DNA from: Eledone cirrhosa
Taxonomy: Eukaryota
Direction of reading: 5' to 3'
NCBI GenBank assembly: GCA_964016885.1
Contig: OZ024741.1
Location: 83,080,001-83,144,000 of the forward strand
DNA length: 64,000 nt
Shown: positions 13,601 to 27,422 of the stretch, in pieces
Layout of the letters: each line of letters opens with the position of its first letter
Numbering within the stretch: the first letter of the stretch is position 1
The notes under the pieces: generated by a model
Database searches by the model: none
Told to the model about the DNA's origin: nothing
Seen by the model: only the letters and a program-made list of their open reading frames with translations
Translations under genes and position numbers: made by a program

Positions 13601-14620
13601 TATGAAATATAAGAATCAAAGAACTGTTCAAAACATTATTGTGCTTACAGCTGTTTCCTCCAAACCGAGGTTTGGATTCTTCGGAGCAATTTATTAATGC
13701 ATGGACAGTTATATGACCTCCTTTTCAGCCGAGAGACATACCAATACATATTCAAACATCGATACATATTCAAACATTGTGGGTCAACATTCATTACAGA
13801 ATTTAGAGTGGCAGTACACACTTCGAGATTACATTTATATTAATAGGTACAATCAAAAATCAAAGATATAGGTTAAAGTACAACATGAAGATAAGTGGTT
13901 ATATAGTGCAAATGTTATATGTATGGCACGCATGTGCGTCTTGTTTATATAGTGTGGCAGAGAGATATGTGTGGTAGAGGCACTTAGGTAGGTAAATAAG
14001 AGTGTTAGGTTGGTAGATCTGGTGGCAAAGTCTGCCACCAGATCTACCAACCTAACACTCTTATTTACCTACCTAAGTGCCTCTACCACACATATCTCTC
14101 TGCCACACTATATAAACAAGACGCACATGCGTGCCATACATATAACATTTGCACTATATAACCACTTATCTTCATGTTGTACTTTAACCTATATCTTTGA
14201 TTTTTGATTGTACCTATTAATATAAATGTAATCTCGAAGTGTGTACTGCCACTCTAAATTCTGTAATGAATGTTGACCCACAATGTTTGAATATGTATCG
14301 ATGTTTGAATATGTATTGGTATGTCTCTCGGCTGAAAAGGAGGTCATATAACTGTCCATGCATTAATAAATTGCTCCGAAGAATCCAAACCTCGGTTTGG
14401 AGGAAACAGCTGTAAGCACAATAATGTTTTGAACAGTTCTTTGATTCTTATATTTCATATAACTGCTCTGTAAATCATCTGATGTTTTTACATTGAGCTA
14501 CTTAACTTACTGGTAATAAGGTAGTAATACATTACTGCCTACCACTATTTAGGGTGTGTGTAAAATACTTACAACTGCTTAAGGTTTTGTGTTTACATAA
14601 CCATAAATAGTATAACTAAT
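13599..14620 (+). mobile_element. Large fold-back element: ~430 bp arms (13599-14461), 5 nt loop, ~160 bp tail
   Basis: Centre GGTGGCA-AAGTC-TGCCACC at 14030. I found no mismatch between the arms by eye. (TA)n on both sides. Confidence 0.9.
14372..14418 (+). ncRNA. Hammerhead-like motif with CCGAAGA core (mirror copy 13642-13688 on -)
   Basis: TGCT-CCGAAGA-A-TCCAAACC TC GGTTTGGA-G-GAAA-CAGCTG-TA-AGCA, with palindromic stem III and GUA site. Confidence 0.75.
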
Positions 14621-14702
14621 ACTATATATATATATATATATATATGCATACATATATATATATATATGCATACATATATATATATACATACATATATATA
14701 TA

Positions 14703-14802
<100 letters not shown>

Positions 14803-14841
14803 CATACATATATAAATATGTACATACATATATATATGTGT

Positions 14842-15018
<177 letters not shown>

Positions 15019-15025
15019 GAGATGA

Positions 15026-15074
15026 GATTCTACAGGACTAGAACTGTTTCATTCTTTAGAAATCATCAGGAATC
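15026..15074 (-). ncRNA. Type I hammerhead ribozyme, intact (same family as 4405-4448)
   Basis: GATTC-CTGATGA-TTTC TAAA GAAT-GAAA-CAG TTCTAGTC CTG-TA-GAATC. Confidence 0.85.
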
Positions 15075-15269
15075 TGGGTATCAAAAAATAAATATGGTAT
15101 TTATAGGTCTCTACAAGTGGTAGGAGAGGGTGGGGAGTGGGATGGGTGAAGGTCATTGGTTGATAGAAAAGGGAATTCATTAAAAGCTAATTTTACAAAG
15201 CTATAGTTTATTTTAATTAATTTTTGTTTTTAGAGTAACAAAGGCAGACAGAATTCTATAAACAGGTTC

Positions 15270-16978
15270 ATAAATAATTTCAGGCCCATAGCACTGCTAA
15301 ACACAGAGTTCAAGATTTTGGCCAAGGTGCTAGCAAAGAGGTTGGCACTTGTCGTTGGTGGACTGCTGGGAGAGGCGCAGACATGCGCCATTTCCGACAG
15401 ATGCATTCACGACAACCTCCACCTCATACGATACATCGTAGAGAGGGTAGCTAGAGAACCTGGCACGAGTGGGTCATTGATCAATTTAGATCAGTCGAAA
15501 GCTTTCGGTAGGGTCGACCATCGTTACCTAGCGGCACCTGAGGGCGGCTGGTTTTGGGTCCATCTTCAGAGGCTGGATCGCTTCCATGCACAGCGACATT
15601 TGCTCTGTGGTGAGAGTGAACGGTCACCTTTGGGAACCGTTCAACATCATGCGCTCGGTCCGCCAAGGATGTCCCCTCTCGTTCCTCTTGTACGTATTGT
15701 CTCTCGAGCCATTACTGCACAAACTGGAGACGTTGATGGGGATCCCGCGCGAACTAGGATGCGGAAGATCCGTGTCAGAATATGCGGACGATATCACCGT
15801 AGTGGTGTCGAACGCCAAACCCATCGAGGCGATCGGCACTACAATACGAGAATACGAAGCGGTGAAATGATCAACCAGGAAAAGTCGATGGGCCTGCAGC
15901 TCAGCTCCTGGAGAGGCAGGTCCATGCTGTCCAACAGCGTCGTCGGGCGTTTGACGGATGGACCGGTTAAATTGCTAGGGGTCTGGTTCGGTCCGGACCT
16001 CCAGGCGGACAAAAACTGGGACGAGGTGACGAGCAGGGTGGCTTCTCCCGCCCAGAAATGGGCGGAGAGGAAGCTATCCCTGAAAGGTCGATCGGAGGTG
16101 GCTAACGCGTATATCGCGTCCGTCATCTACTACCTCCTGACCGTCGTACCTTGTCGACGAAAATCAACTAACCAATCTTTTCGTAAGAACTTTCGGGCCG
16201 GGTCCTATGGACAACTTCCAGAAATCCCTGGCCTGGCTGTGCTACCAAGGATCTTTGCCAGTTCGGGATAAACTCTATAGGCATGGAGGTGCCGTCAGTC
16301 GGGCATGTCCGAGAGGCCCGCAGGGCGACGAAACCGTCCTGCACACACTCGTCCAGTGTCCGAGCATTGCTGACTTGTGGGTTTATGTCAAACACCTGCT
16401 GTCGCGTATAGGACGGATCCAGCTATCAGCTGAGTCCATCGTGAGGATTGCCCCGCCCTCTTCCTTTAGCCTGGAAGGGCAGGCAGTTTCTATCTGTCTG
16501 TTGGCCATGGCGAAAGAGATAGTATGGTGGACACGTTTGAAAGGTCTTAAGACGAGCACTTACCTATTCGGTGATGCCCTGATTAACTTTTTCAAATTTC
16601 ATTTGAAAAGGAAAATCAGGGTAGAGAGGGAAGTGCTCTCTTCCCAGAATTTTGGTGAAAGATGGGTGAGAGAGGCAAGAAAGGCCCGGGTGAATGGGCC
16701 TACTCTGAGTATGTGTCTGTAAATTAAAGGTGGAAAACTGGGAGAGGGCACTTGCCCTGGTGGTCAAGGTCACTGTGGCTTTTTAATGGGCTTTCTCCAC
16801 GAATGTCCTTCGGAAGTGTCCCCCCTATTGGGGAATGTTCTTCATTGTTCTATTATTACGTCCTTTGTTTCTTGTTTTTTTTTTACACGCAGAAATGCCC
16901 TTTTGTACCGTCCTGTATTGTCCTCTACTTTCCTCAATGTCTACTTTGTATAAACCCTTGTGGTTAATAAAGAAAGCA
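15270..16978 (+). mobile_element. Tx1/L1-clade non-LTR retrotransposon, 5'-truncated with an internal deletion
   Basis: RT motifs FRPIALLN, LDQSKAF, RSVRQGCPLS and YADD, plus C-terminal zinc finger. Deletion after VVPC (~16152) relative to the 20416-22170 copy. 3' end AATAAAGAAAGC-(ATT)n. Confidence 0.92.
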
Positions 16979-16989
16979 TTATTATTTTT

Positions 16990-19303
16990 ATTATTGTCTT
17001 TGAGTCTCCGTCATTGATGTTATTTAACTGGAACGTTTGTTGAAATGAATATCAAGCCGCTACCTGCAGCCTCAGATATTTAGGACTTATCGGAGTGTAC
17101 TTGCTGTTCCCAGCAAGCATGCTTTTTGAAGTGTTCCAAAAAGCGGGGCTGGAGTAACTTTCTTTAACCATCCTTGGGAACTCTTTGAGATAGTACCTAG
17201 TGCACCTATGACAATCGGGACGACTCTGACTTTATAGCAGTTCCAAATCCGTTTTACCTCCCACTTTAAGTCCTGGTATCGGTTAATTTTCTCCCGCTCC
17301 TTTTTTTGCACTCTCGTGTCAAATGGGCAGGCTACATACACAATCAGGCACGATCTTTTTTCCTTGTCAAAAACCACCAAGTCAGGCCTATTGCGTTCCA
17401 GTTTCTTATCCGTCTGTATTCTAAAATCCCATAGCACCTTCACCTGATCGTTTTCTATCACCGACTCTGGCTTATGCTCATACCACTTTCTCAGAATGTG
17501 GTAAATTGTTTACTTTGCATAGGTGCCATTGGATCACCCTGCCCATTACATCATGTCTCCAGGCTTTATAGTGAGTCTGGTCTAGGTGTTTACACTCGGA
17601 TACAATGTGAGCCACAATCTCCTCTCTCTCTCCACAGATCCTACATAGTGGGCCAGCCTCCTCCTTGTAAATATGGTGTTTCACCCACTTCGTTTTGAGT
17701 GCCTGCTCTTGCGCAGCCACTAGCATTCCTTCTGTAGCCTTTTTAAGGTATCCTCTTTGTAACCAGTTCCATGTCTGTGGATCTCTAAATTCAGTTTTCT
17801 CAAAGAAGGTACTATGAAGGAAATTTTCATGAAGGTTGGTCTTCCTCCTTGTTGTTATTTCCTCCTTGGACATCCCCTGGTCTATTGTTCTCTCCTTCAG
17901 TACAACTCTAAGCATTGGCTACCCACTGTCGGTCACGTATTTGTGCAGGTTGTTTTTCTCCATCTGGAACACAGTCCTCTATGCTGATAAGACCTCTTCC
18001 ACCTTCAGATCTCTTAAAGTAGAGTCTATCGACATCACTCCTCTTGTGGAAAATGTTGAAGATAGTCAATAGCTTCCTAGTCTTCCTATCCATTTCTTTT
18101 CGTTCACCAATATTCCATTTCAGAATTCCCGCACTCTACCTAATAATAGACACAGCTCGGGAATTCACTGCTCTTATGACATTGCTACTATTTAGACGTG
18201 ATTTTAATACGTTCCTTACTCTCCGAATGTACTCAGATCTTATCAATTCCTTAATTTTGTTGTTATTGATGTCATCTGCCTCCAGAGCACCTAAATATTT
18301 GTATACTTCTTTAGTGTCAATTTCCTTTATCATCTCACCTCTTGGAACCTGTATTCCGTTGCTTCTGCTCAATTTTCCCCTCTTCATCACTAGGACTCCA
18401 CACTTATTAATACCAAATTGCATACATATATCACTACTGAAAATACGGACAGTGTCAACAAGCACATCCAACTCCTTCTCACTCTTCCCAAAGAGTTTAA
18501 GATCGTCCATGAAGAGGAGGTGGTTGATGGTAAGCTCTCCTTTTCCCAACTTGTATCCTGCTCTCACTCTTCGCAGTACACTGGTCAGGGGCATCAGGGC
18601 AAGGACAAACAAGAGAGGCGACAGACTATCTCCTGGAAGATACCTCTCTTGATCTTCAGGCCTCCCAAGGATTCTCCACCCGAGGTTATTTCTGTTTCCC
18701 AGGACTTCATACTTTTGCTCAACAAGTGTCTGATGTTATCTGCCACCTTGAAAATCTCTAGGCTTTTGGTTATCCAAGAATGAGTTACCATGTCGAATGC
18801 CTTTTTGTAGTCTATCCATCCCATGACAAGACCAGTGTGTCTCCTCTTGCAATTCCTCATTACCATCTTATCAATAAGTAGCTGGTCTTTTGTACCACGG
18901 GACTTCTTTCGGCATCCTTTCTGTTCGTCGGGTAACAAGTTGTTTGTGTGGAGGTGATGGTAGATTTCCTCAGACACATTGCTTGTTAACAGTTTCCACG
19001 TTACGGATGGACATATGAGAGGTCTATAGTTGGTAACATCATTACCCTTGATTCGGTCTTTCATTACCAGGACTGTGGTACCGTTTGTCAACCACTCTGG
19101 TACCTTACCCGGCATCAAGCAGTCATTGAACATGGTTGTCAGTTTCGGGTGGAGGGATGTTATATTTTTAATCCAATACCCCTGCACATCACCAGGGCCT
19201 GGTGATTTCCAGTTGGTTAGTTTTCCGGCCTGCCCTTTAAGAGTTTCAACTGTGATACATAAATCAGTTTGTTGGTGTGCTTGTTCACTAATCTCCTTTT
19301 GTA
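16990..19303 (-). mobile_element. R4/Dong-like RLE non-LTR retrotransposon, 5'-truncated, frameshifted (copy A)
   Basis: NWKSPGP, YRPLIC, WIDYKKAFD, IFQ, LLFMDDLKLF, CRICG..HIVSEC, RPDLVV..ACPFD (RLE). 3' end in (TAA)n. Confidence 0.92.
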
Positions 19304-19340
<37 letters not shown>

Positions 19341-19343
19341 TAC

Positions 19344-22300
19344 TGTTAGCGGGGGACTGGAATGGCATCTTAGACGCACGCTGGGATTGTGTGGGAGTAG
19401 CCGATAGGAGCGGGGGGTGCAAAAGCCTCAAGCACCTACTCAGCCAGTTCCAACTGTCTGAAAGGTATCGACTAGATTTCCCCAATGTGCCAGTATGGAC
19501 ATGGACCAACCGAATGGTGCCATCTAGATCGTATATAGACAGAATCTTCATTAGGAAAATAGATAGAAATAGTGTGGGCTGTCCACTTTTTAAAACGGTC
19601 GCCTATTCAGATCACAAATTTGTGATCTGTACGGTCGACCTAAATAAAACGCGTAGGTTAGGACCAGGTTACTGGAAGCTGAACATGTCATTTCCGGCAC
19701 GTAAGGCTACAGGGACCGAGTCAACAAGTTAGTTAAGCAAAAGTTGACAGGGGGGATCATCAACAACAGATGGTGGGGGGTCTCAAAAGAGTGATTAGAG
19801 TAACTTCGATAGAGTTCAGCAAAGAACTAGCGTTAGAGAAAAATAGAAAGGGGGGAGAGCTGGTAGATAAGTTAGACGAGGCTATTTGTAGTGGCATCGC
19901 AACTGACGTGCTAGCGGCGAGAATGGCATTAGACCATTTCTTCAATGCCAAACACGAAGGTTGCATTGTCAGAGCTAAGGCGCGTGCGCTGAGAAACGAG
20001 GGAACTAAAGCTGTTCGATGGGGCCGAGTGGCGGAGGGGCAGCGTGGTAATAAAACCACAATTCGGTCTTTGGCGGACCGAGACGGACACGAGATAAGCG
20101 ATTCCAAGCGGATGTGTGAGGGTTTTCGCCAGCACTTTGCTCGGTTGTTCAGGGAGAGTAGCGAGTCAGAGAGAGTAGCGGATTTCAGTCCCTACCTTGA
20201 CGGCTTGCCGCGCATCTCGACGCTCGACGCTGAGCGCTGCCGAAGGCCGATTACTTCAGCCGAAATTCAGGACGCCCTTGTCGGCTGCATGAGGCGCAAG
20301 TCACCCGGTTGGATGGCCTTCCCTACGAGCTTTACGTAAATAAGCCAGACTTGTTCTCCGAACTCCTCGAAGCACTCTACTGTAACTGGCAGCAGATGGG
20401 AGTATTCCCAGTTCTGTGAGCAGGGGAGTGGTGACGCTGATAAGGAAAGACGAGAACAAGTGGGATACATTAGACAACTTCAGGCCCATAACTCTACTCA
20501 AAACAGAGTTTAAGATTTTGGCCAAGGTGTTAGCAAATAGACTGGCGCTTGTCGTCGAGGATTTGGTTGGGGAGGCGCAAACTTGCGCAATCTCAGCCAG
20601 GTCCATACACGACAATCTCCACCTCATGCGATACATCATAGACAGGGTAGGGTGTATACCTGGCTTCGGTGGGGAACTGATCAATTTAGATCAATCGAAA
20701 GCATTCGATAGGGTCGACCATCGGTATCTGGAGTTTGTCCTCAATGCAGCTGGCTTCGGCCCTGTCTTTAGAAGCTGGATCACTGCAATGCACAGCGGCA
20801 CACGCTCGGAGGTCAAGGTTAATGGCCACCTCTCGGAACCATTTCGGCTCTCCCGATCGGTCCGTCAAGTGTGCCCTCTCTCTTCCCTTCTGTACGTATT
20901 GACTCTCGAGCCTTTACTGTGGAAGCTGGAGCTGTTGCAGGGCATCCCGCTCGAACCGGGACGTGGAAAGGCGGTGTCGGCTTATGCGGACGACATCACC
21001 GTGATGGTGTCGAACACCTCAGAAATCGAGGTGGTCGGCACCTTATTGAAGGAATATGAAAGGTTGACAGGAGCCAAACTTAACCCGGAAAAGTCGGTGG
21101 GCTTGCAGCTCGGAACCTGGAGAGGCAAGCCCATGCCGTCCAACAGCGTCGTGGGGCGCTGGACGGACGGACCAGTAAAGTTGCTCGGGGTTTGGTTCGG
21201 ACCAGACCTCCAGGTGGAAAAGAATTGGGACGAGGTAACGAGCAGAGTAGCCAGTCTCACCCAAAAATGGGCTGGGAGGAAACTATCACTGAAAGTTCGC
21301 GCGGAGGTGGCGAATGCGTACATCGCGTCCGTCATCTACTACCGCCTAACCGTCGTGCCTTGCCCCCGCCCGCGCCTCGTCAAGTTGGAACGGCTCCTCT
21401 TCAAATTCTTGTGGAGGAGACAAGTGCCGTTGGTGAGGCGGTCCATCTGCTGCCAGCACCCTCTACGCGGAGGGCTGGGCATGCCGTGGCTAATGATGCG
21501 CAGACATGCGTTGAGGCTGCGACATCTACAGATATTCTGCCTCAATTGTGAACAGGTGTGGTCGCCGTTTATCAGACGAGCCTTTCCGCAGCTCATTTCT
21601 TTGACTGAGCTGCAGTCCTGGGTCAAGAAGAGACCGAGACTGGGTGACTGGCACCTGGAATGTTGCCAGGCACTCACTGCCCTCTACCAAGCGGGCAATG
21701 CGATCAGTGGAACTTCCACTCTCGAGTTCTATAGAGGATTAGTGGTGGGCAAGTGCGATGACGCACTCGAAGAAGCGTTGGGCCTCGACGAAGTCGAACT
21801 GACCAGTCTGTACCGGAGGACGTTTGAGCCGGGGACGATGGACAATTTCCAGAAATCCCTCGCTTGGCAGTGCTACCGGGGGGCACTGCCGGTTAGGGAT
21901 AAACTCGACAGGCACGGAAGTGCTGTCAGACGGACCTGCCCAAGAAGCGCACAGAACGACGAAACCGTTCTGCACGCACTTGTCCAATGTCCGTGCATTA
22001 CTGACTTGTGGAGTTATGTCGAACAGCTACTGTCGCGTGTGGAACGAATCCGACTATCGGCCGAGACCATAGTGAAAATCGAGCCGCCACCTTCCTTAGG
22101 TCAGGAAGAGCAGGAATTTTCCTCTGTCTGGTGGCAGTTGCGAAAGAGATTATATGGTGGACCAGGTTGAAAGGACTAAAGACAGACACTTTTCTCTTCG
22201 GCCAATCCCTCATCAACTTCTTCAAGTTTCACCTGGAAAGGAGGGTGAGGGTGGAGAGAGAAATGCTGCCCCTCAGTACATTTGCTAAAAGGTGGGTGAA

Positions 22301-22630
22301 TGTGGCGAGAATGGCTCGTGTGAATGGGCCTACTCTGACCATGCGCCTATAGGCTGGCTAACTTGAGGAGAGGGGTGCTCTCCTGGGTGCCCTAGAAGCG
22401 CAGGGTGGTTCAGGATTGGTGGGGTACCAGAATCACCCCAGGGTCGTCCACCCCCTATCGGGGAATTTATTTTGTTATATTTATGCATAGTTTATTTTAT
22501 ATTTTTATATTTTCATTGTTAAATTAGTCTTGCCATTGTGCACTTTTACTCGACCTTATTGTAAACCCCCACTGTCCCTGTTTTTGTATTGTCCCCTACA
22601 TGTCGGCCCTTGTGGATAATAAATGAAATC
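19344..22630 (+). mobile_element. Tx1/L1-clade non-LTR retrotransposon, 5'-truncated within the APE domain
   Basis: WTWTN..SYIDRIF..YSDHK (APE C-terminus). RT in ORF 20416-22170 with YADD, then zf-RVT. Ends AATAAATGAAATC-(ATT)n; 5' end abuts (TTA)n at 19305-19343. Confidence 0.95.
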
Positions 22631-22649
22631 ATTATTATTATTTTTATTA

Positions 22650-25420
22650 TTGTTGTTATTCCTTGAATCTCAGTCATTGATGTTGGTTAACTGGAAAGTC
22701 CGTTGGATTGAATATCAAGCCACTACCTGCAGCCTCAGATATTCAGGACGTATCGGAGGGTTCTTGCTGTTCCAAGCAAGCATGCCTTTTGAAGCGTTCC
22801 AAAAAGCGTGAAGGGGCCGATTTTCTTTAACCATCCCTGGAAACTTTTGGAGATAGTCCCCAGTGCGCCTATGACAATCGGGATCACTTTGACTTCATGG
22901 CAGTTCCAAATCCTTTTCACCTCCCACTTTAGGTCCTGGTATCGGTTAATTTTCTCCCTCTCCTTCTCTTGCACTCTCGTGTCGAACGGGCAGGCCACAT
23001 CCACAATCAGGCACGATCTTTTTTCTTTGTCCACAACCACCAGGTCAGGTCTATTGTGTTCCAGTTTTTTGTCCGTCTGTATCGTAAAATCCCACAGCAC
23101 CTTCACCTGATTGTTCTCCATCACCGCCTCTGGCCTATGCTCATACCATTTCTCAGAATGTGGTAAATTGTTTACTTTGCACAGGTGCCAGTGGATCACC
23201 CTGCCCATCACATCGTGTCTCCAGCCCTTATAGTGGGTCTGGGCTAGGTGTTTACACTCGGACACAATGTGAGCCACAGTCTCCTCTCTCTCTCTCCACA
23301 GATCCTGCACAGTGGGCTAGCCTCCTCCTTGTAGATATGGTGCTTCAACCACTTCGTTTTGAGGGCCTGCTCCTTCGCAGCCATTAGCATTCCTCCTGTA
23401 GCCTTTTTGAGGTCTCCTCTTCTCAACCAGTTCCATGTCTGTGGATCTCTAAATTCAGTTTTCTCAAAGAAGGTACTATGAAGGGATTTTCCCCTAAGGC
23501 TGCTCTTCCTCCTTGATGTTATTTCCTCCTTGGACATCCCCTGGCCTACTGTCCCCTCCTTCAGTACAGTTCTGAGCATTGGCTCCTTACTATAGGTCAC
23601 GTATTTGTATAGGTTGTTTTTCTCCATCTGAACACAGTCCTCTATGCTGATAAGACCTCTTCCACCCTCAGATCTCCTTAGGTAGAGTCTATCGACATCA
23701 CTCCTCTTGTGGAACATGTTGTAGATAGTCAATAGCTTCCTAGTCTTCCTATCCATTTCTTTTTGTTCAGCAACATTCCATCTCAGAATTCCCGCACTGT
23801 ACCTAATAATAGACACAGCTCGGGAATTTACTGCGCTTATGGCATTTCTGCTGTTCAGATGTGACTTCAATACGCTCCTTACTCTCCGAATGTATTCAGT
23901 TCTTAACAATTCCTTCATTTTTTTGTTCGTTATGCCATCAGCCTCCAGAACGCCCAAATACTTGTATCCTTCCTCAGAGCCAATTTCCTTTATCATCTCA
24001 CCTGTTGGTATCTGGATCCCGTCACTTCTGCTCAACCTACCCCTCTTTATCACAATGACTCCACATTTACCAATACCAAACAGCATACATATATCACTGC
24101 TGAAAATACGGACAGTGTCAACAAGCACATCCAACTCCTTCACACTTTTCCCGAAGAGCTTAAGATCGTCCATGAAGAGGAGGTGATTGATGGTAAGCTC
24201 TCCCCTTCCCAACTTGTATCCTGCTCTCACTTTTCGCAGCATAATGGTCAAGGGCATCAGGGCAAGGACAAACAACAGAGGGGACAGGCTATCTCCCTGG
24301 AAGATACCTCTCTTGATCTTCACGCTTCCCAAGGATACTCCAGTTGATGTCAACTCTGTCTCCCAAGACCCCATACTCCTGCCTAGCAACTGTCTGATGT
24401 TATCTGCCACCCTGAAGATCTCCAGGCTTTTGGTGATCCAGGAATGAGGCACCATGTCAAATGCATTTCTGTAGTCTATCCATCCCATGGCAAGATCAGT
24501 GTGTCTCCTCCTGCAATTCCCCATTACCATCTTATCAATAAGTAACTGGTCCTTTGTACCACGTGACTTCTTTCGGCATCCTTTCTGTTCGTCCGGTAAC
24601 AAGTTGTTTGTGTGGAGGTGATGGTAGATTTCCTCAGACACAATGCTCGTCAACAGTTTCCACATTACGGACAGACATGTGATAGGTCTATAGTTGGTAA
24701 CATCATTACCCTTGATTCGGTCTTTCATTATCAGAACTGTGGTACCTTTTCTCAACCACTCTGGCACCTCACCCGACACCAAGCAGTCATTGAACATGGC
24801 CGTCAGCTTCGGGTGGAGGGATGTTAAATGTTTAATCCAATACCCCTGCACACCATCTGGGCCTGGTGATTTCCAGTTGGTTAGTTTTTTGGCCTGCCCC
24901 TTAAGAGTTTCAACTGTGATACTCAAATCAGTTTGTTGTTGTGCCTGCTCACCGATCTCCCTCTGTACTGTCTCAATCCACCCTGCCTGGGCAATGTGTC
25001 TAACTTCCTGCTCCCATATTCCTCTCCAGAATGTTTTAGTTTGTTCCGCCCCAGGGATCAAGTCGTTGCCTCTTTCTTTCCCCTCAAGCTGTCCAAACAG
25101 CATCTTCTGGTTGTTGTCGAACATGCGGTTCTGTTTATACTGACTGACTCTGTTCTCGTATCGCCTGATTTTTGCACTCTTTGCTACAATGCGTTGATTC
25201 AATTCCTCTATGATAATATTTAGCTTTTTACTCCTAGTTTTGTATTTTATTTCCAGTCTATTTTTAGTGCCTATGTTTTTTAGTGTCCCATTCAGTAGTG
25301 ACTCAAGCTTTCCTATGTCATTTCTCATTTCCCCGATTTGCCCACTCAGTCGCTTCTTCCACCACGGCTCTGCTCTTTCTTGTCTGTTGTTTCCTCTCGC
25401 TTTTATACCAAGTAGTTTCC
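22650..25420 (-). mobile_element. R4/Dong-like RLE element, 5'-truncated (copy B)
   Basis: ORFs 23244-25457 and 22735-23310 give RT (IFQGDSLSP, FMDD), CCHC and RLE (RPDLVV..DVACP). One frameshift in a (CT)n run; (TAA)-type tail. Confidence 0.95.
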
Positions 25421-27312
25421 TTATTATTGTTATTGTTATTCCTTGAATCTCAGTCATTGATGTTGGTTAACTGGAAAGTCCGTTGGATTGAATATCAAGC
25501 CACTACCTGCAGCCTCAGATATTCAGGACGTATCGGAGGGTTCTTGCTGTTCCAAGCAAGCATGCCTTTTGAAGCGTTCCAAAAAGCGTGAAGGGGCCGA
25601 TTTTCTTTAACCATCCCTGGAAACTTTTGGAGATAGTCCCCAGTGCGCCTATGACAATCGGGATCACTTTGACTTCATGGCATTTCCAAATCCTTTTCAC
25701 CTCCCACTTTAGGTCCTGGTATCGGTTAATTTTCTCCCTCTCCTTCTCTTGCACTCTCGTGTCGAACGGGCAGGCCACATCCACAATCAGGCACGATCTT
25801 TTTTCTTTGTCCACAACCACCAGGTCAGGTCTATTGTGTTCCAGTTTTTTGTCCGTCTGTATCCTAAAATCCCACAGCACCTTCACCTGATTGTTCTCCA
25901 TCACCGCCTCTGGCCTATGCTCATACCATTTCTCAGAATGTGGTAGATTGTTTACTTTGCACAGGTGCCAGTGGATCACCCTGCCCATCACATCGTGTCT
26001 CCAGCCCTTATAGTGGGTCTGGGCTAGGTGTTTACACTCGGACACAATGTGAGCCACAGTCTCCTCTCTCTCTCCACAGATCTTGCACAGTGGGCTGGCC
26101 TCCTCCTTGTAGATATGGTGCTTCAACCACTTCGTTTTGAGGGCCTGCTCCTGCGCAGCCATTAGCATTCCTTCTGTAGCCTTTTTGAGGTCTCCTCTTC
26201 TCAACCAGTTCCATGTCTGTGGATCTCTAAATTCAGTTTTCTCAAAGAAGGTACTATGAAGGGGTTTTCCCTTAAGGCTGCTCTTCCTCCTTGATGTTAT
26301 TTCCTCCCTGGACATCCGCTGGCCTACTGTCCCCTCCTTCAGTACAGCTCTGAGCATTGGCTCCTTACTATAGGTCACGTATTTGTATAGGTTGTTTTTC
26401 TCCATCTGAACACAGTCCTCTATGCTGATAAGACCTCTTCCACCCTCAGATCTCCTTAGGTAGAGTCTATCGACATCACTCCTCTTGTGGAACATGTTGT
26501 AGATAGTCAATAGCTTCCTAGTCTTCCTATCCATTTCTTTTTGTTCAGCAACATTCCATCTCAGAATTCCCGCACTGTACCTAATAATAGACACAGCTCG
26601 GGAATTTACTGCGCTTATGGCATTTCTGCTGTTCAGATGTGACTTCAATACGCTCCTTACTCTCCGAATGTATTCAGTTCTTAACAATTCCTTCATTTTT
26701 TTGTTCTTTATGCCATCAGCCTCCAGAACGCCCAAATACTTGTATCCTTCCTCAGAGTCAATTTCCTTTATCATCTCACCTGTTGGTATCTGGATCCCGT
26801 TACTGCTGCTCAACCTACCCCTCTTCATCACAATGACTCCACATTTACTAATACCAAACTGCATACATATATCACTGCTGAAAATACGGACAGTGTCAAC
26901 AAGCACATCCAACTCCTTCTCACTTTTCCCGAAGAGCTTAAGATCGTCCATGAAGAGGAGGTGATTGATGGTAAGCTCTCCCCTTCCCAACTTGTATCCT
27001 GCTCTCACTTTTCGCAGCATAATGGTCAAGGGCATCAGGGCAAGGACAAACAACAGAGGGGACAGGCTATCTCCCTGGAAGATACCTCTCTTGATCTTCA
27101 CGCTTCCCAAGGATACTCCAGTTGATGTCAACTCTGTCTCCCAGGACCCCATACTCCTGCCTAGCAACTGTCTGATGTTATCCGCCACCCTGAAGATCTC
27201 CAGGCTTTTGGTGATCCAGGAATGAGGCACCATGTCAAATGCCTTTCTGTAGTCTATCCATCCCATGGCAAGATCAGTGTGTCTCCTCCTGCAATTCCCC
27301 ATTACCATCTTA
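25421..27312 (-). mobile_element. R4/Dong-like RLE element, 5'-truncated, open RT-RLE frame (copy C)
   Basis: ORF 25515-27332 is uninterrupted from DKMVMGNC to RYVLNI and a few percent diverged from copy B. Confidence 0.95.
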
Positions 27313-27387
27313 TCAGTCGCTTCTTCCACCACGGCTCTGCTCTTTCTTGTCTGTTGTTTCCTCTCGCTTTTATACCAAGTAGTTTCC

Positions 27388-27422
<35 letters not shown>

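Noticed and set aside
13853-14207. Two near-identical 65 aa ORFs on opposite strands
   Set aside because: A by-product of the palindrome with no coding features; the same applies to 3090-3320 and 4053-4286.
23244-25457. 737 aa ORF as an intact element with its own start
   Set aside because: The N-terminal MTEIQGITITII is read from the 3' UTR and tail of the adjacent copy. The element is 5'-truncated and frameshifted before the RLE.
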